Positions 8,542-17,677 of a DNA stretch of 32,000 bases are shown here, piece after piece. The notes beneath the pieces are model-generated. The model worked only from the letters and a program-made list of their open reading frames with translations, did not search any database and was not told the DNA's origin. The stretch covers positions 390,001-422,000 of the forward strand of contig NC_008818.1 of assembly GCF_000015145.1 (NCBI RefSeq), written 5' to 3'. How positions within the stretch are numbered: the stretch's first letter is position 1; the number at the start of each line of letters is the position of its first letter. This stretch comes from Hyperthermus butylicus DSM 5456 (lineage in GTDB: Archaea; Thermoproteota; Thermoprotei_A; Sulfolobales; Pyrodictiaceae). The translations under genes were made by a program, and so were the position numbers.

Positions 8542-9960
8542 CTACTCGCGACCTCCCACGGTCATCTTCTTAACGCGTGCGTGGGGGCCGCCGTCGGATA
8601 CGTATACTAGCTGGCCCTTACCACAGCGACCATAGAACACCTTGAAGTCCTTCGCTACAGCATCAATGTTCATTAATGTTTCCAATGTGTTACCAGCTAT
8701 GCTGAGGTTGCGCACTGGTTCGCCAACCTCACCGTTTACTATCTCGTACGCTTCCTCGATGCCCACCTGGAAACTTCCATCCATGTTTGTCTGGCCGCCA
8801 GAAGTTGCAACAACGTAGTAGCCAAATCTTATCCCCTCAAACACCTCTTCAACGCTATGGTCTCCTGGTAGGAGCACAGTATTCCTCATACGTACAAGTG
8901 GCGCATGTCGGAATGATTCTGCCCTAGCATTACCCGTGGGATTCTCATTCAACATTGCAGCATGGACACGATCCGTCATGACTTGCTTGTGTATCCCTCT
9001 CTCGACTATCACTGCACGCGCCGTCCTCACGCCCTCATCGTCGTATTTTATCGTGCCGAAACCATCCTCTATAGTTGGATCATCAACTATTGTCACTAGC
9101 TCCGAGGCCACTTTCTCTCCCTTCTTGCCCTGAAGCGCGCTACCCGCAACAACAAGATCGGCCTCAGCAAGGTGGCCAAATGCCTCGTGGACAAAGACAC
9201 CAAGGGCTTCTGGTGCTAATACTACTGGGAAGTTGCCAGCCTTGGGCGTCTTGGCTTTGAACTGGTTTGTGAGCCTCTTGAGTAGCTGTTGGGCCAGCTG
9301 TTCCTGGCTAGTCTTCTCCCAGACATAGTACCCCTTTATCGTCCCCTGGGTTACATGAGCTGCAGCACGCACCCCGGCCTCGACACCGAATGCCGAGGCA
9401 TAAACATATACTAGCTCTCTCTTCTCGCCCAGCACGCGGTCCTCGGTACTTGCATAGTAGCGCTCCTCGACCCTCTCTACGTAGACCACTCTGCGCGACT
9501 TTACCTGAGGCGCCGATGCAATAGCCTTGTCGAGCTCCAGCACATCGGATAGCTTGGCGTCAATTGGTACGTCAACAATACTCCTCTTAACCGGAGCCTC
9601 ATAGTAGTCTTCAACCGCTTCAAACGTTAGGGGTTTGGATAGCTTCTCCCGGTGCGCTGAGGCCATGGAGTAGGCTTGCTCTAGGGCTCGCCTTAACGAA
9701 TCTACTGTAACCCTGGTTGTAAACGCGAACCCCATCACACCGTTTACGAATACACGAACAGCCGCACCATAGTCTATGCCCGATGAAATCTTGACTGTGC
9801 CGTTCTCGACGTCTATTCTGGTGAACTGAATTCTCTCAACACGGATGTCGGCAAGATCTATGTGCCACCCGCTAGTGAATCCCAGCGCCTTTACGAGAAT
9901 GTCGCGTATATCGTCTAGCAAACCTATCCAGACCCCTTTAACAGTGGTTGGGAGGACCAT
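8542..9960 (-). CDS. tldD: TldD-family zinc metalloprotease
   Basis: 472-aa ORF with the HExxxH-type motif VHEAFGHLAEAD characteristic of TldD, paired with pmbA. Confidence 0.9.
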   Translation of the reverse strand: MVLPTTVKGVWIGLLDDIRDILVKALGFTSGWHIDLADIRVERIQFTRIDVENGTVKISSGIDYGAAVRVFVNGVMGFAFTTRVTVDSLRRALEQAYSMASAHREKLSKPLTFEAVEDYYEAPVKRSIVDVPIDAKLSDVLELDKAIASAPQVKSRRVVYVERVEERYYASTEDRVLGEKRELVYVYASAFGVEAGVRAAAHVTQGTIKGYYVWEKTSQEQLAQQLLKRLTNQFKAKTPKAGNFPVVLAPEALGVFVHEAFGHLAEADLVVAGSALQGKKGEKVASELVTIVDDPTIEDGFGTIKYDDEGVRTARAVIVERGIHKQVMTDRVHAAMLNENPTGNARAESFRHAPLVRMRNTVLLPGDHSVEEVFEGIRFGYYVVATSGGQTNMDGSFQVGIEEAYEIVNGEVGEPVRNLSIAGNTLETLMNIDAVAKDFKVFYGRCGKGQLVYVSDGGPHARVKKMTVGGRE

Positions 9961-9984
9961 TAGTTTTGTCAGCGTTCCTGGGGG

Positions 9985-9994
9985 TATTTATAAG
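9985..9994. promoter_or_regulatory. TATA box (tatttataag) in the tldD/rhomboid divergent spacer
   Basis: TTTATAA at 9987-9993 lies 27-33 nt upstream of the tldD ATG, which implies a leaderless or short-leader mRNA. It lies about 50 nt upstream of the rhomboid ATG. It is the only AT-rich block in the 81-nt spacer. Confidence 0.4.
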
Positions 9995-10041
9995 AGCCTC
10001 TTACATTAACACACTGCTACCCGCGAAAGCCTAAGAAGGTC

Positions 10042-11490
10042 ATGGGCGTGATGTTGGTGCCGTGTGGAGCCTGGTGGTGTAGCCCTCTACGCGGCCGATT
10101 TACGAGAGAACTACCGCTAGCCGTTGAGGGGCCTGGCGGTCCCGCGCCAGAGACGCCCCTGGCAACATACGCTATTATAGCTATTAACGTACTCGTCTAC
10201 CTCGTAACTTCCGCTCCGACAGGATTCTGGCAGACAACCGATGAATGGGTCTCCAGGCTAGGCTTTGTCCCAGCAGCACTCCTCGCTACACCCCCATCAG
10301 AGTTCCCCAGGATACTAACAGCGATGTTTACCCATGCAAACCTCATACACATATTCTTCAACATGTACTTCCTCTACCTCTTCGGCCGCGCCGTGGAGAA
10401 GACCCTCGGACACTGGAGGTACCTAGCACTATACCTTGTAAGCGGCATCGTAGCAGCTGTCTTCCACACAGTGTTCATGTACGTGGTGAATCCGGCTGGC
10501 CTAGCAATACCCAGCGTAGGCGCCAGCGGCGCTATAAGCGGGGTCCTCGGGGCATACATGCTGCTATATCCGGGTACAAGGCTCACCGCATGCTTCTTCC
10601 TTGGCTTCATACCGTTCTGCTTTGCACTACCAGCAGTCTACTACCTGCTCTTCTGGTTTGCAATGCAGGTCTACATGGGTTACACTCTTGCCGCAAGTGC
10701 TGTAGCATTCTTTGCCCACGCGGGAGGCTTCGTATCTGGCATGGCCATCTTGCCACTCGTAGCTAGTAGGACTAGGATACTGTTGCTACGCATGCAGGCT
10801 GCTACGAGGAGCTTGTTTGGCCTGATAGTATTCTACTCGCCCTTCTTCTATCGTGGCCGTGAGCTAAACCCTCTGGTCAAGAGTGTCCTGGCGATGCTTA
10901 TACTTATGCTGCTAGCAGGCTCGGCATACGCTATAGTTGATGCAAGAACCGAGGACAGCTATGTTGCAAGCTACCAGGTTAGGGCTAAGCTTAAGCTCGG
11001 CGATGAAGCCTATAGCCTTGTAGACAGTTTCTTCATAAGAATCTACGGTGGAAAGGGTACGCTAATGCTAAAGGCTACCCTAACAAGCTACGGGACTGCA
11101 ATTGCTGAGATCCTGGCACGCAACAATCTAGTCTATAACCCATCTCTAGCAAACCAAGAACTAGTACTAGACAAGGGGCTCATCGGCATCGATATACGCC
11201 AAATACTGGGCTACAACATTGTCTCGGTTAGTATACAACCAAAACATTTCCACGGAGTATACAACAAGGATGGCTACCTTGAAAAGGGCGAATTATACGC
11301 AAGTCTAGCGTATAGAAGGCTCATAGGCTCAATGATTATTGGAGAGCTAGCTGCTACTATAGGTCTTGCTGGAGCTGGAGCTGTAGGGCCAGCTATCCTC
11401 GCGCTGGCTATAGCTTCTCTAGCCATGCTGGCTACAAGCCTCTACACAGTGTTATTCCTTGATAGGGAGCTAGTGATAACCCCCGAGTAA
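10042..11490 (+). CDS. Rhomboid-family intramembrane serine protease with a C-terminal extension of about 240 aa
   Basis: It carries the catalytic GxSG motif (GASGAISGVLGAY), a downstream histidine helix (FAHAGGFVSG) and an HxxxN-type region (FTHANLIHIFFNM). After the six-TM core there is an extra TM, a soluble segment of about 150 aa and a terminal TM. Confidence 0.85.
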   Translation: MGVMLVPCGAWWCSPLRGRFTRELPLAVEGPGGPAPETPLATYAIIAINVLVYLVTSAPTGFWQTTDEWVSRLGFVPAALLATPPSEFPRILTAMFTHANLIHIFFNMYFLYLFGRAVEKTLGHWRYLALYLVSGIVAAVFHTVFMYVVNPAGLAIPSVGASGAISGVLGAYMLLYPGTRLTACFFLGFIPFCFALPAVYYLLFWFAMQVYMGYTLAASAVAFFAHAGGFVSGMAILPLVASRTRILLLRMQAATRSLFGLIVFYSPFFYRGRELNPLVKSVLAMLILMLLAGSAYAIVDARTEDSYVASYQVRAKLKLGDEAYSLVDSFFIRIYGGKGTLMLKATLTSYGTAIAEILARNNLVYNPSLANQELVLDKGLIGIDIRQILGYNIVSVSIQPKHFHGVYNKDGYLEKGELYASLAYRRLIGSMIIGELAATIGLAGAGAVGPAILALAIASLAMLATSLYTVLFLDRELVITPE

Positions 11491-11505
11491 CACTAGCACA
11501 AAATA

Positions 11506-11579
11506 CTGGAGTGATGAGGGCCGTGAACCCTTACCGCCGCCTAGGGCCGGGATGGGGAGGTGTTTCAAGGCTGACTCTT
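11506..11579 (+). ncRNA. Candidate C/D-box sRNA (2'-O-methylation guide)
   Basis: Exact C box GUGAUGA (11511-11517) and exact D box CUGA (11571-11574). The flanks are complementary (gag 11508-10 with ctc 11575-77, plus one G-U). A 12-nt guide precedes the D box, after a degenerate C' (AUGGGGA, 11552-58). A 12-nt guide follows the C box, before a degenerate D' (CUUA). The candidate sits in one of only two non-overlapping convergent spacers in the window. Weaknesses are the poor internal boxes and a 17-18 nt D'-C' spacer. Confidence 0.3.
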
Positions 11580-11870
11580 CTCTTGCTCCTCCTTCTTTAG
11601 CTCTTGTTCAAGTTTCTTGAGTTCCTCCTCTATCTCCTTCTCGATCTCCTCAATGGGTTTTGGCGGCGGTGTTGTTGCTAGCGTATAGCCTATCCAGGCC
11701 AAGATGCCCATGACTGCTGCTACAGCAATGAACACCGTCACTTTTACAAGCGTATAGTCTAGATCACTTTTCCCAAGCAGGTCAGGCTTAAAGAGTGCTA
11801 TAGCATAGAACACTATGACGCCCAGGCTTACGAGGAGCATTCCAATACCTACAACCTGATCGCGACGCAA
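11565..11870 (-). CDS. Small membrane protein with two TM helices and a charged coiled-coil-like tail
   Basis: 101-aa ORF with two hydrophobic helices followed by EEIEKEIEEELKKLEQELKKEEQEK. Confidence 0.5.
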   Translation of the reverse strand: MRRDQVVGIGMLLVSLGVIVFYAIALFKPDLLGKSDLDYTLVKVTVFIAVAAVMGILAWIGYTLATTPPPKPIEEIEKEIEEELKKLEQELKKEEQEKSQP

Positions 11871-11896
11871 GGACCACAGCCCGTTCTGGTTAGCCT

Positions 11897-12724
11897 CTAC
11901 GCCTGGTATTTAAGATAAAGCTGGGATATTACTGTGGTCGCTATCCTCGCCTTTACAGCGCAGAGCCTCGGCGACCCATTACAGTCCACTTCCGCTACAT
12001 GATAGCGGGCAGTTACGATACTCTCAAGACTTGCTATGCCCTCCCAGTCTATGGTCCCGGTTCCCGGCAGTTCGTGCTTGTCCTCTCTGCCATCGTTATC
12101 GTGGATGTGTATGCATATAGGCTCTACGCCCTCCAGCTCCTCTCCTATCCTCTGTGGAGTGTAGCCGTTGATATTTGCATGACCTACATCAATGCAGACT
12201 GAAAGCCTTTGACTACCAACACTCCTCGCTAGGGAAGTTATTGCCGCTATGCTATTCCACGGCTTTCTACGCTCTGCATTCTCTATAGCAACTATGGAGA
12301 GGCCCTCGTGCTCCGAGTAGTCTGCCAGTAATGCAAAGAACTTCTTGTTCAGCCATACTACCCTCGACTCGCCAACGCGCTGGGCTGAAAATGGGTGAAA
12401 TACAACTACATCGACACCGTAGCTGTAGGCCATGTCTAGAAGTATTCTTGCCTCCTCAACCGCGTACTCTATGTTCTTACCGAGCATTATGAGATAATAT
12501 TCTTCCCAGGGCGCGTGTAGCGTTAGGGGTTTTACTCCAAGTCTACTAGCCTCTTGGAGGGCTGCACGGAAGTAGCTATATGCTGAAGGGTAGTCTATGT
12601 CAAACCTCTCTATGTTGTTATAGCTCACATCTACAGAGTCAAAGCCAGCCTCGTATAGTATGCGTATGCTTTCCGGCAGCATAGCCGGGATAGTCCGTGT
12701 AGAGGCTAGTACCAGCATTTCCAT
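11897..12724 (-). CDS. Xylose-isomerase-like TIM-barrel protein (sugar phosphate isomerase/epimerase or AP-endonuclease-2 fold)
   Basis: 275-aa ORF with the metal-ligand pattern of the fold: TLHAPW, VVFHP, AIEN, IDVGHANI, HIHDNDG..DKHELPGTGTIDW. Confidence 0.8.
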   Translation of the reverse strand: MEMLVLASTRTIPAMLPESIRILYEAGFDSVDVSYNNIERFDIDYPSAYSYFRAALQEASRLGVKPLTLHAPWEEYYLIMLGKNIEYAVEEARILLDMAYSYGVDVVVFHPFSAQRVGESRVVWLNKKFFALLADYSEHEGLSIVAIENAERRKPWNSIAAITSLARSVGSQRLSVCIDVGHANINGYTPQRIGEELEGVEPICIHIHDNDGREDKHELPGTGTIDWEGIASLESIVTARYHVAEVDCNGSPRLCAVKARIATTVISQLYLKYQA

Positions 12725-12812
12725 GGCACCGGGCTCTTTAAGTCGATGCCGCCAGTATTATAGTGCTACCAGTTAGCATAGACCTGGCCCTCCAGGAGGT
12801 GCAGCCAAGAGT

Positions 12813-13718
12813 TTGCCAACTGCCACGCTAGAGCCGGGCGTGCCCAGCATTGTGATTGATAGAGGCTCTGTTTCTGTGCAGCATGTCCAGCCACTAGTGC
12901 CCCGTGGATGGGTATTACTACGTGTCAAGCTTGCACGATGGTGTAGCATTGACGGCTTTGCGGCTTGGTGGCCCCTTTCGCGGCAACGCATAGCTGGCTG
13001 CTCAGGCGCGGGCGTAGTAGCAGAGCATGGTGTGGATGCCGACACTGATTTGCCAGGTAGGCAGGTCGTCCTAGGAGGTTATAGCCCCGAGTACCTACCA
13101 CCTCTAAACGTTAATGGATGGCTTGCAGAGTACACCTCTGCCCCCTCTAGCCTACTCATACCCGTTGGTAGGCTTGAACCCCGGCTCGTCTTCTACCCCG
13201 ACGCCGTTACCGCTTGCAGTGTAGCTGAAGAACTAGAGGCTGCTGGACGTAGTGTACTAGTCTACGGCGCTGGTTTCTATGGGCTCTCAGCTGCGCATCT
13301 AGCACTTGACGCTGGCCTAGACGTGGATATTGTTACAAATGTGAAGGAAGCAACCCGTATAGCTCGGGAAATGGGAGCAAGGGTCTATACCAGGCCGCCC
13401 TCGGGTAGACACTACGATGCTATAGTACTGGCAGCTGCTAGCGCCAATGCCATAGGTGTTGTTGAGACCTATTCTCCGAGCCTAATCGTGCTACACCCCC
13501 TACATACCATTGCCTATAATGTACCCGTATCCCGGAGGAGACGGAAGTACATAATCCTTGTGGGCTGGATAGACGGCGAGGCACATAGAGGGAGTTGTGG
13601 CTGGAGGCTCTTGGATAGGGTTTGGAGGCTCGTAGGGGAATACGTGAGAGTGGTTGAGGGCTTGGAAAAACCACCGGAGACAGCTCCATGGCTGGGTCTA
13701 GTGTATAGGCTCGGCTAG
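12813..13718 (+). CDS. Medium-chain dehydrogenase/reductase (zinc-ADH-like) family protein, apparently degenerate
   Basis: Rossmann motif VLVYGAGFYGLSAAHLALDAGLDV. GCSGAGVVAEHG replaces the usual GHEgaGvV. TTG start with a GGAGGTG Shine-Dalgarno-like element 11 nt upstream. Confidence 0.55.
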   Translation: MPTATLEPGVPSIVIDRGSVSVQHVQPLVPRGWVLLRVKLARWCSIDGFAAWWPLSRQRIAGCSGAGVVAEHGVDADTDLPGRQVVLGGYSPEYLPPLNVNGWLAEYTSAPSSLLIPVGRLEPRLVFYPDAVTACSVAEELEAAGRSVLVYGAGFYGLSAAHLALDAGLDVDIVTNVKEATRIAREMGARVYTRPPSGRHYDAIVLAAASANAIGVVETYSPSLIVLHPLHTIAYNVPVSRRRRKYIILVGWIDGEAHRGSCGWRLLDRVWRLVGEYVRVVEGLEKPPETAPWLGLVYRLG

Positions 13719-14920
13719 AGCATCTCCTTTATGGTCTTTGCTAGTCTCTTAATACCCTCTTCTATCTCTTCCGGCGATGGATAGCTGAAGTTTAGCCTCA
13801 TTGTGTTCTTGCCGCCGCCGTTGGGGAAGAATGAGTCTCCAGGCACGAATACTACACCATTCTCTATCGCCTTATTTAGCAGCTTCCTAGCATTAATCTT
13901 CTCTGGCAGCCATACCCAGATGAAGAGGCCACCTATAGGCTTGGTCCACTTAACGCCTTCAGGCATGTACTGCTCAAGTGCCCTCAACATTGCATCACGC
14001 TTCTCCTTGTAGATCCTCTTTATCTTCGGTATGTTTCTGTCTATGATGCCCCGCTTTAGTATCTCGGCGGCAATGTACTGGGTTAGCGTGGGTGTATGTA
14101 GGTCCATGCCCTGCTTTACAAGCTCCATCTTGGCTACTATTGGCTCTGGGCCTATGGCCCAGCCAAGCCTTATGCCTGGAGCTAGTATCTTGCTGAGGGT
14201 GCTCAGATAGATGACCCTGCCAGACTCGTCCATAGCTTTTAGCGGCTTTACCTCGCGTTCCTCAAAGGTTATGTAGCTGTATGGGTCATCCTCTATCACT
14301 AGTATGTTGTACTGCTCTGCTAGCTCGAGGAGGTGCTTTCGCCTCTCCATGGGCATCGTTGTTCCTGCAGGATTGTGACATGTCGGAATAGTGTATATGT
14401 ACTTGATTTTTATGCCCTCGCTTACCGCCTCCTTGAGCACCTCTTCCAACTTATCGGTTCTCATACCATCCTCGTCTATTGGCACGGTGAGGAAGCGTAC
14501 ACCACTGCTCCGGAAGGCCTGGATGGCGCCAAGGTATGTTGGTTCCTCGGTTACAATGTAATCTCCAGGGTTTGCAAGTGTCTTGCCAACAAGGTATAGG
14601 GATTGCTGGCTACCAACAGTGGCTATTATCCCCTCATTCTCTCTCACAGGTATGCCATTCATCTTAGAGAACTCTCTAACAGCTTCTAGGAAGTATGCTG
14701 AGCCCCTGGTGGGACCGTACTGTAGCGCCTTCTCTCCATGCTTGATTATTACCTCCATTGCTATCTGTGCTATCTCCTCTTTGGGGAAGGTATTGGGGTC
14801 AGGTAGGCCACCAGCGAAGCTTATAACACCACCACGCTCTACTACTTTAAGGAGTTCGCGTATGTCTGAAGCCCTGACACTCTTTGCATAATCGGAGAGG
14901 AACCTGTCATAATCGATCAT
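13715..14920 (-). CDS. PLP-dependent aminotransferase, class I/II (LysN/ARO8-like)
   Basis: It carries the family motifs and the PLP-lysine context YLSTLSKILAPGIRLGW. I chose the ATG at 14920 (MIDYDRF...) because a TATA-like element lies 30-36 nt upstream, whereas the longer ORF start at 14983 lies upstream of that element. Confidence 0.9.
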   Translation of the reverse strand: MIDYDRFLSDYAKSVRASDIRELLKVVERGGVISFAGGLPDPNTFPKEEIAQIAMEVIIKHGEKALQYGPTRGSAYFLEAVREFSKMNGIPVRENEGIIATVGSQQSLYLVGKTLANPGDYIVTEEPTYLGAIQAFRSSGVRFLTVPIDEDGMRTDKLEEVLKEAVSEGIKIKYIYTIPTCHNPAGTTMPMERRKHLLELAEQYNILVIEDDPYSYITFEEREVKPLKAMDESGRVIYLSTLSKILAPGIRLGWAIGPEPIVAKMELVKQGMDLHTPTLTQYIAAEILKRGIIDRNIPKIKRIYKEKRDAMLRALEQYMPEGVKWTKPIGGLFIWVWLPEKINARKLLNKAIENGVVFVPGDSFFPNGGGKNTMRLNFSYPSPEEIEEGIKRLAKTIKEML

Positions 14921-14949
14921 TATACACCAGCCATTATTTTGGGTTGCGG

Positions 14950-14956
14950 AATAAAA
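14950..14956 (-). promoter_or_regulatory. TATA-like element (TTTTATT on the minus strand) for the aminotransferase gene
   Basis: It lies 30-36 nt upstream of the ATG at 14920, consistent with a leaderless archaeal mRNA. Confidence 0.4.
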
Positions 14957-15031
14957 GGTAATATGGATTACGTAGCCATACACTTCGCATATTAGCAGAA
15001 CCTACTAGAAATATCCCAACTAAGCTATGCG

Positions 15032-15790
15032 GTGATGATAGAAGTGTGGGTCAGAGAGCTGGAGACCATACTGGAGGCTACGAGGCAGCTTCTAGAGGCC
15101 ATAGCACAAGGCGAATACTGCTGCCTTCACCACGGCCTACCCTATGTCACCCCGGGACTCTTAGCTAACCAAGCATTCTGCGAGATGAGGCTAGAGCTTG
15201 GCTTCTTGAGCGGCGAGGTAGAAGCGCCCCGAAAACCAAGCGATGCCCGGGTGCTCGTTGAGGCAGTCCTCCAAGCCAGGAGACTATTACCACGCAAGCT
15301 TGTTGAAAGACTCGCTCTTAGCACACCCGTGGCAGCTCTTCTGCAAAACGTGCCGGTCATAGGTAGACCCCACGCCATACTACTCGCTCACGGCAGGGTT
15401 GAGGCCATAGTTATAGGCAAGATTACTAGTAGGCCATCACGCCTCTACCACAGCGACCGGGTAAAGCTATACGCTTATGCACAGCTCCTAGAAGCTGCAG
15501 GGTTTAGGCTTACACCAGGAACAAAGCTCGTCCTCGCAGCTGCACATAGTCCTAGAGAGCTAGCTGAAGCCCTCAAGGTACTCGAGAACGAGATAAAGCC
15601 GGCATCCCTCGGCAACAGCTACATCCACGTCCTAGCGCACGACCCTGCAGCGGAGGAGGAGCTTCTCGCTCCCCTACTCGCTTATTGGCGCGGCGAGAAA
15701 CCTGCCCAGCCCAGGCCAGGGCCGTGGTGCTCAACATGCCCTTATCGCAGCAAGTGTCCCGCTAATATGGCTCACCAAGCTCTGAGATAA
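15032..15790 (+). CDS. Cas4/DUF83-like PD-(D/E)XK-fold protein with a four-cysteine Fe-S signature, stand-alone
   Basis: An N-terminal cysteine (QAFCEMRL) plus a C-terminal C-x2-C-x5-C (WCSTCPYRSKCP) matches the Cas4/AddB-type 4Fe-4S pattern. A core segment GRPHAILLAHGRVEAIVIGK and KLYAYAQLLE occupy the positions of the D, ExK and QxxxY motifs. The start is GTG 15032 or ATG 15035. Confidence 0.6.
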   Translation: MMIEVWVRELETILEATRQLLEAIAQGEYCCLHHGLPYVTPGLLANQAFCEMRLELGFLSGEVEAPRKPSDARVLVEAVLQARRLLPRKLVERLALSTPVAALLQNVPVIGRPHAILLAHGRVEAIVIGKITSRPSRLYHSDRVKLYAYAQLLEAAGFRLTPGTKLVLAAAHSPRELAEALKVLENEIKPASLGNSYIHVLAHDPAAEEELLAPLLAYWRGEKPAQPRPGPWCSTCPYRSKCPANMAHQALR

Positions 15791-16244
15791 CGATATCCAG
15801 TATACGGTTGAACGCTATAGAGTAGACTATCGAGTGGAGCCCAAATGTTATCAGGTTGAGAAACACGTCGATCAGTGTCGGCGAGAGCTTGCCTCTCAAG
15901 CTCCCACAATGTGAGGCAAGACTTAGAACCATGTAGAGCGCTATAGGGTAACCCAAGGGTAATAGAGCAGCAATAAACGATATCGGATCGATCCTGCCGA
16001 GACCACAGGACCCAGCCAAGCCACGTGCTATCTGATAGAGAGTATGCATGGATGCTAGGAGAACTGGAAGTGCAGCAACATATAAGGCTAGGAAAATCTT
16101 CTCCACATACTCCACTGGTATACCAATATTGAGGAAAAGGACTGGTATAAGAGTAACCAAGCCTGAGACGATACCTCCCGCAGCAACACCCAGCCTTGAA
16201 GCACCCAGCACCAGGCTCCTCTTCACAACAACATCACTAGCCAA
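15762..16244 (-). CDS. Hypothetical integral membrane protein with about 4 TM helices
   Basis: 160-aa hydrophobic ORF with a TTG start and GGTGGG 6 nt upstream. Its 3' end overlaps the Cas4-like gene by 29 nt. Confidence 0.5.
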   Translation of the reverse strand: MASDVVVKRSLVLGASRLGVAAGGIVSGLVTLIPVLFLNIGIPVEYVEKIFLALYVAALPVLLASMHTLYQIARGLAGSCGLGRIDPISFIAALLPLGYPIALYMVLSLASHCGSLRGKLSPTLIDVFLNLITFGLHSIVYSIAFNRILDIVISELGEPY

Positions 16245-16343
16245 GCAATACCCACCACGCTACCAAAACCAGAGCTTCCGGAAGCACACATAGGGTGGAA
16301 AGGGGTAAAACACTAGCCGCTCACCCTCCTCCAGCCCTAGGGG

Positions 16344-16598
16344 CTATGAGGAGATCATGGACATCTGCAGCCCCACGCTGAGCAGGGCTATGGAGGAAAA
16401 AGAGCTTGGGTGATGATGGAAGAGCCACCGAGCCACAAACACGTCTACAAGATCGGCCCCACATGCCCCAGCCACACTGCATCCTTCTACATCACATCCT
16501 AACATTATTCCTCTGGAAACTAGCGACTCTACAATTGCCTCATAGAGCTTGCAGAGTAGATTATGTAAACGTTCTTGCGCACAGCAACAGCTCGACAT
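16344..16598 (-). CDS. Small cysteine-rich hypothetical protein
   Basis: 84-aa ORF (MSSCCCAQ..., 9 Cys). A strong Shine-Dalgarno-like GGTGATCC lies 8 nt upstream of the ATG. I recognise no family. Confidence 0.35.
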   Translation of the reverse strand: MSSCCCAQERLHNLLCKLYEAIVESLVSRGIMLGCDVEGCSVAGACGADLVDVFVARWLFHHHPSSFSSIALLSVGLQMSMISS

Positions 16599-16785
16599 AC
16601 AGATAGGATCACCACACGCCTTCCCATCCTCCAGTAGTCTCCTGCTTTGCTACGAGCAGCTAGTTCTCGAAAAAGACCACAAAACTCATAGAGGTGTATA
16701 TGCCTTCATGGGGTATAGAGGCTAGGACATGACTATGAGTGTGACCCGTATATGGGTTGTACATCTAAAAATGAAGAAGGGATTT

Positions 16786-17559
16786 CTAGCTCTCTTCACT
16801 GCTAACTGTCTCCTCATAGACGCCACGTCTTGTTACGCGTAGGACTTTGTTTGCATAGATTATTATGCCCTTATCTGTTATCTCGAATGGATGCCTTCTC
16901 ATACTGTGCTTTGTGCCCCTCATCTTCCAGATTATTAGGCTCCTCTTCAACTCACCGTCGATCTCGTCGAGGTCTAGCCTTATGATACCATCTGCTGCGT
17001 GCTCTACGCCCGGACCACCGAATCCTCTCTCGGTGACGGATACCTGGCTTACGAGGAAGCTTGTGGTGCCGAGGCCGCTTAGAACACGCTTGAGCATCAT
17101 TACTACGCTCCTAGCTACGCTGGGTTTTGTTAGATAGAGCGTGGAGACGGAATCTATTACTACGCGCTGGGCGCCAGTATCCCTTATAGCCTCCTTTAGA
17201 ACGTCGATGAGGAGACCCACATCCGTTGGATCGCGGACTACGTAGCGCTCTCTCTTTGCAGTCTCACCTATGCCGCCGGTAAACGCATCCACTATAGCGA
17301 AGGTACCCTCGCGCTCATATGGTCTTACATCCCAACCGAACTGGGCCATGTTGATTCTAACCTGTACTGGATGCTCCTCTAGTGCCACGTAGACACCTGG
17401 CTCACCCATCTGCAGGCCGTTCCATAGGTACTGCTGGCTCATAATGGTCTTGCCGGTGCCGGGCCCGCCGCTGAGCAATACCACGTTCCTCCTAGGTATA
17501 CCACCATTTAGTATCTCGTCTAGGCCCGGTATACCAGTCTTCACACGCTCTATGGGCAT
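16786..17559 (-). CDS. Single-domain KaiC-like / RadA-paralogue (aRadC-type) RecA-superfamily ATPase
   Basis: N-terminus [31 protein letters not shown] (Walker A) and Walker B RVVIDSVS, with the length typical of archaeal KaiC-domain proteins. I chose the ATG at 17559 (MPIERVKTG). Confidence 0.85.
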   Translation of the reverse strand: MPIERVKTGIPGLDEILNGGIPRRNVVLLSGGPGTGKTIMSQQYLWNGLQMGEPGVYVALEEHPVQVRINMAQFGWDVRPYEREGTFAIVDAFTGGIGETAKRERYVVRDPTDVGLLIDVLKEAIRDTGAQRVVIDSVSTLYLTKPSVARSVVMMLKRVLSGLGTTSFLVSQVSVTERGFGGPGVEHAADGIIRLDLDEIDGELKRSLIIWKMRGTKHSMRRHPFEITDKGIIIYANKVLRVTRRGVYEETVSSEES

Positions 17560-17677
17560 ATACTTGTCACCTCCTCCACTCACACTAACTCATACACCCA
17601 GCCCTAAATTTAGTGGGTGTGAAGGGGCAAGATTCAATAAAGAATCCCCGTTTAAGCATTGGCAGGGTTTTGAAGCC

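Noticed and set aside
12773-13045. A 90-aa minus-strand ORF overlapping the start of the MDR-like gene
   Set aside because: It lies antisense to a gene with a Rossmann motif and a good SD/TTG context. Its product is Pro/Ser/Thr-rich and not protein-like.
17444-17677. The N-terminal 78 codons of the 249-aa plus-strand ORF
   Set aside because: Its first 116 nt are antisense to the KaiC-like gene, including the Walker A region, and the remainder crosses the promoter spacer. The translated sequence is Pro/Ser-rich and not protein-like. I trimmed the gene to the in-frame TTG at 17678.
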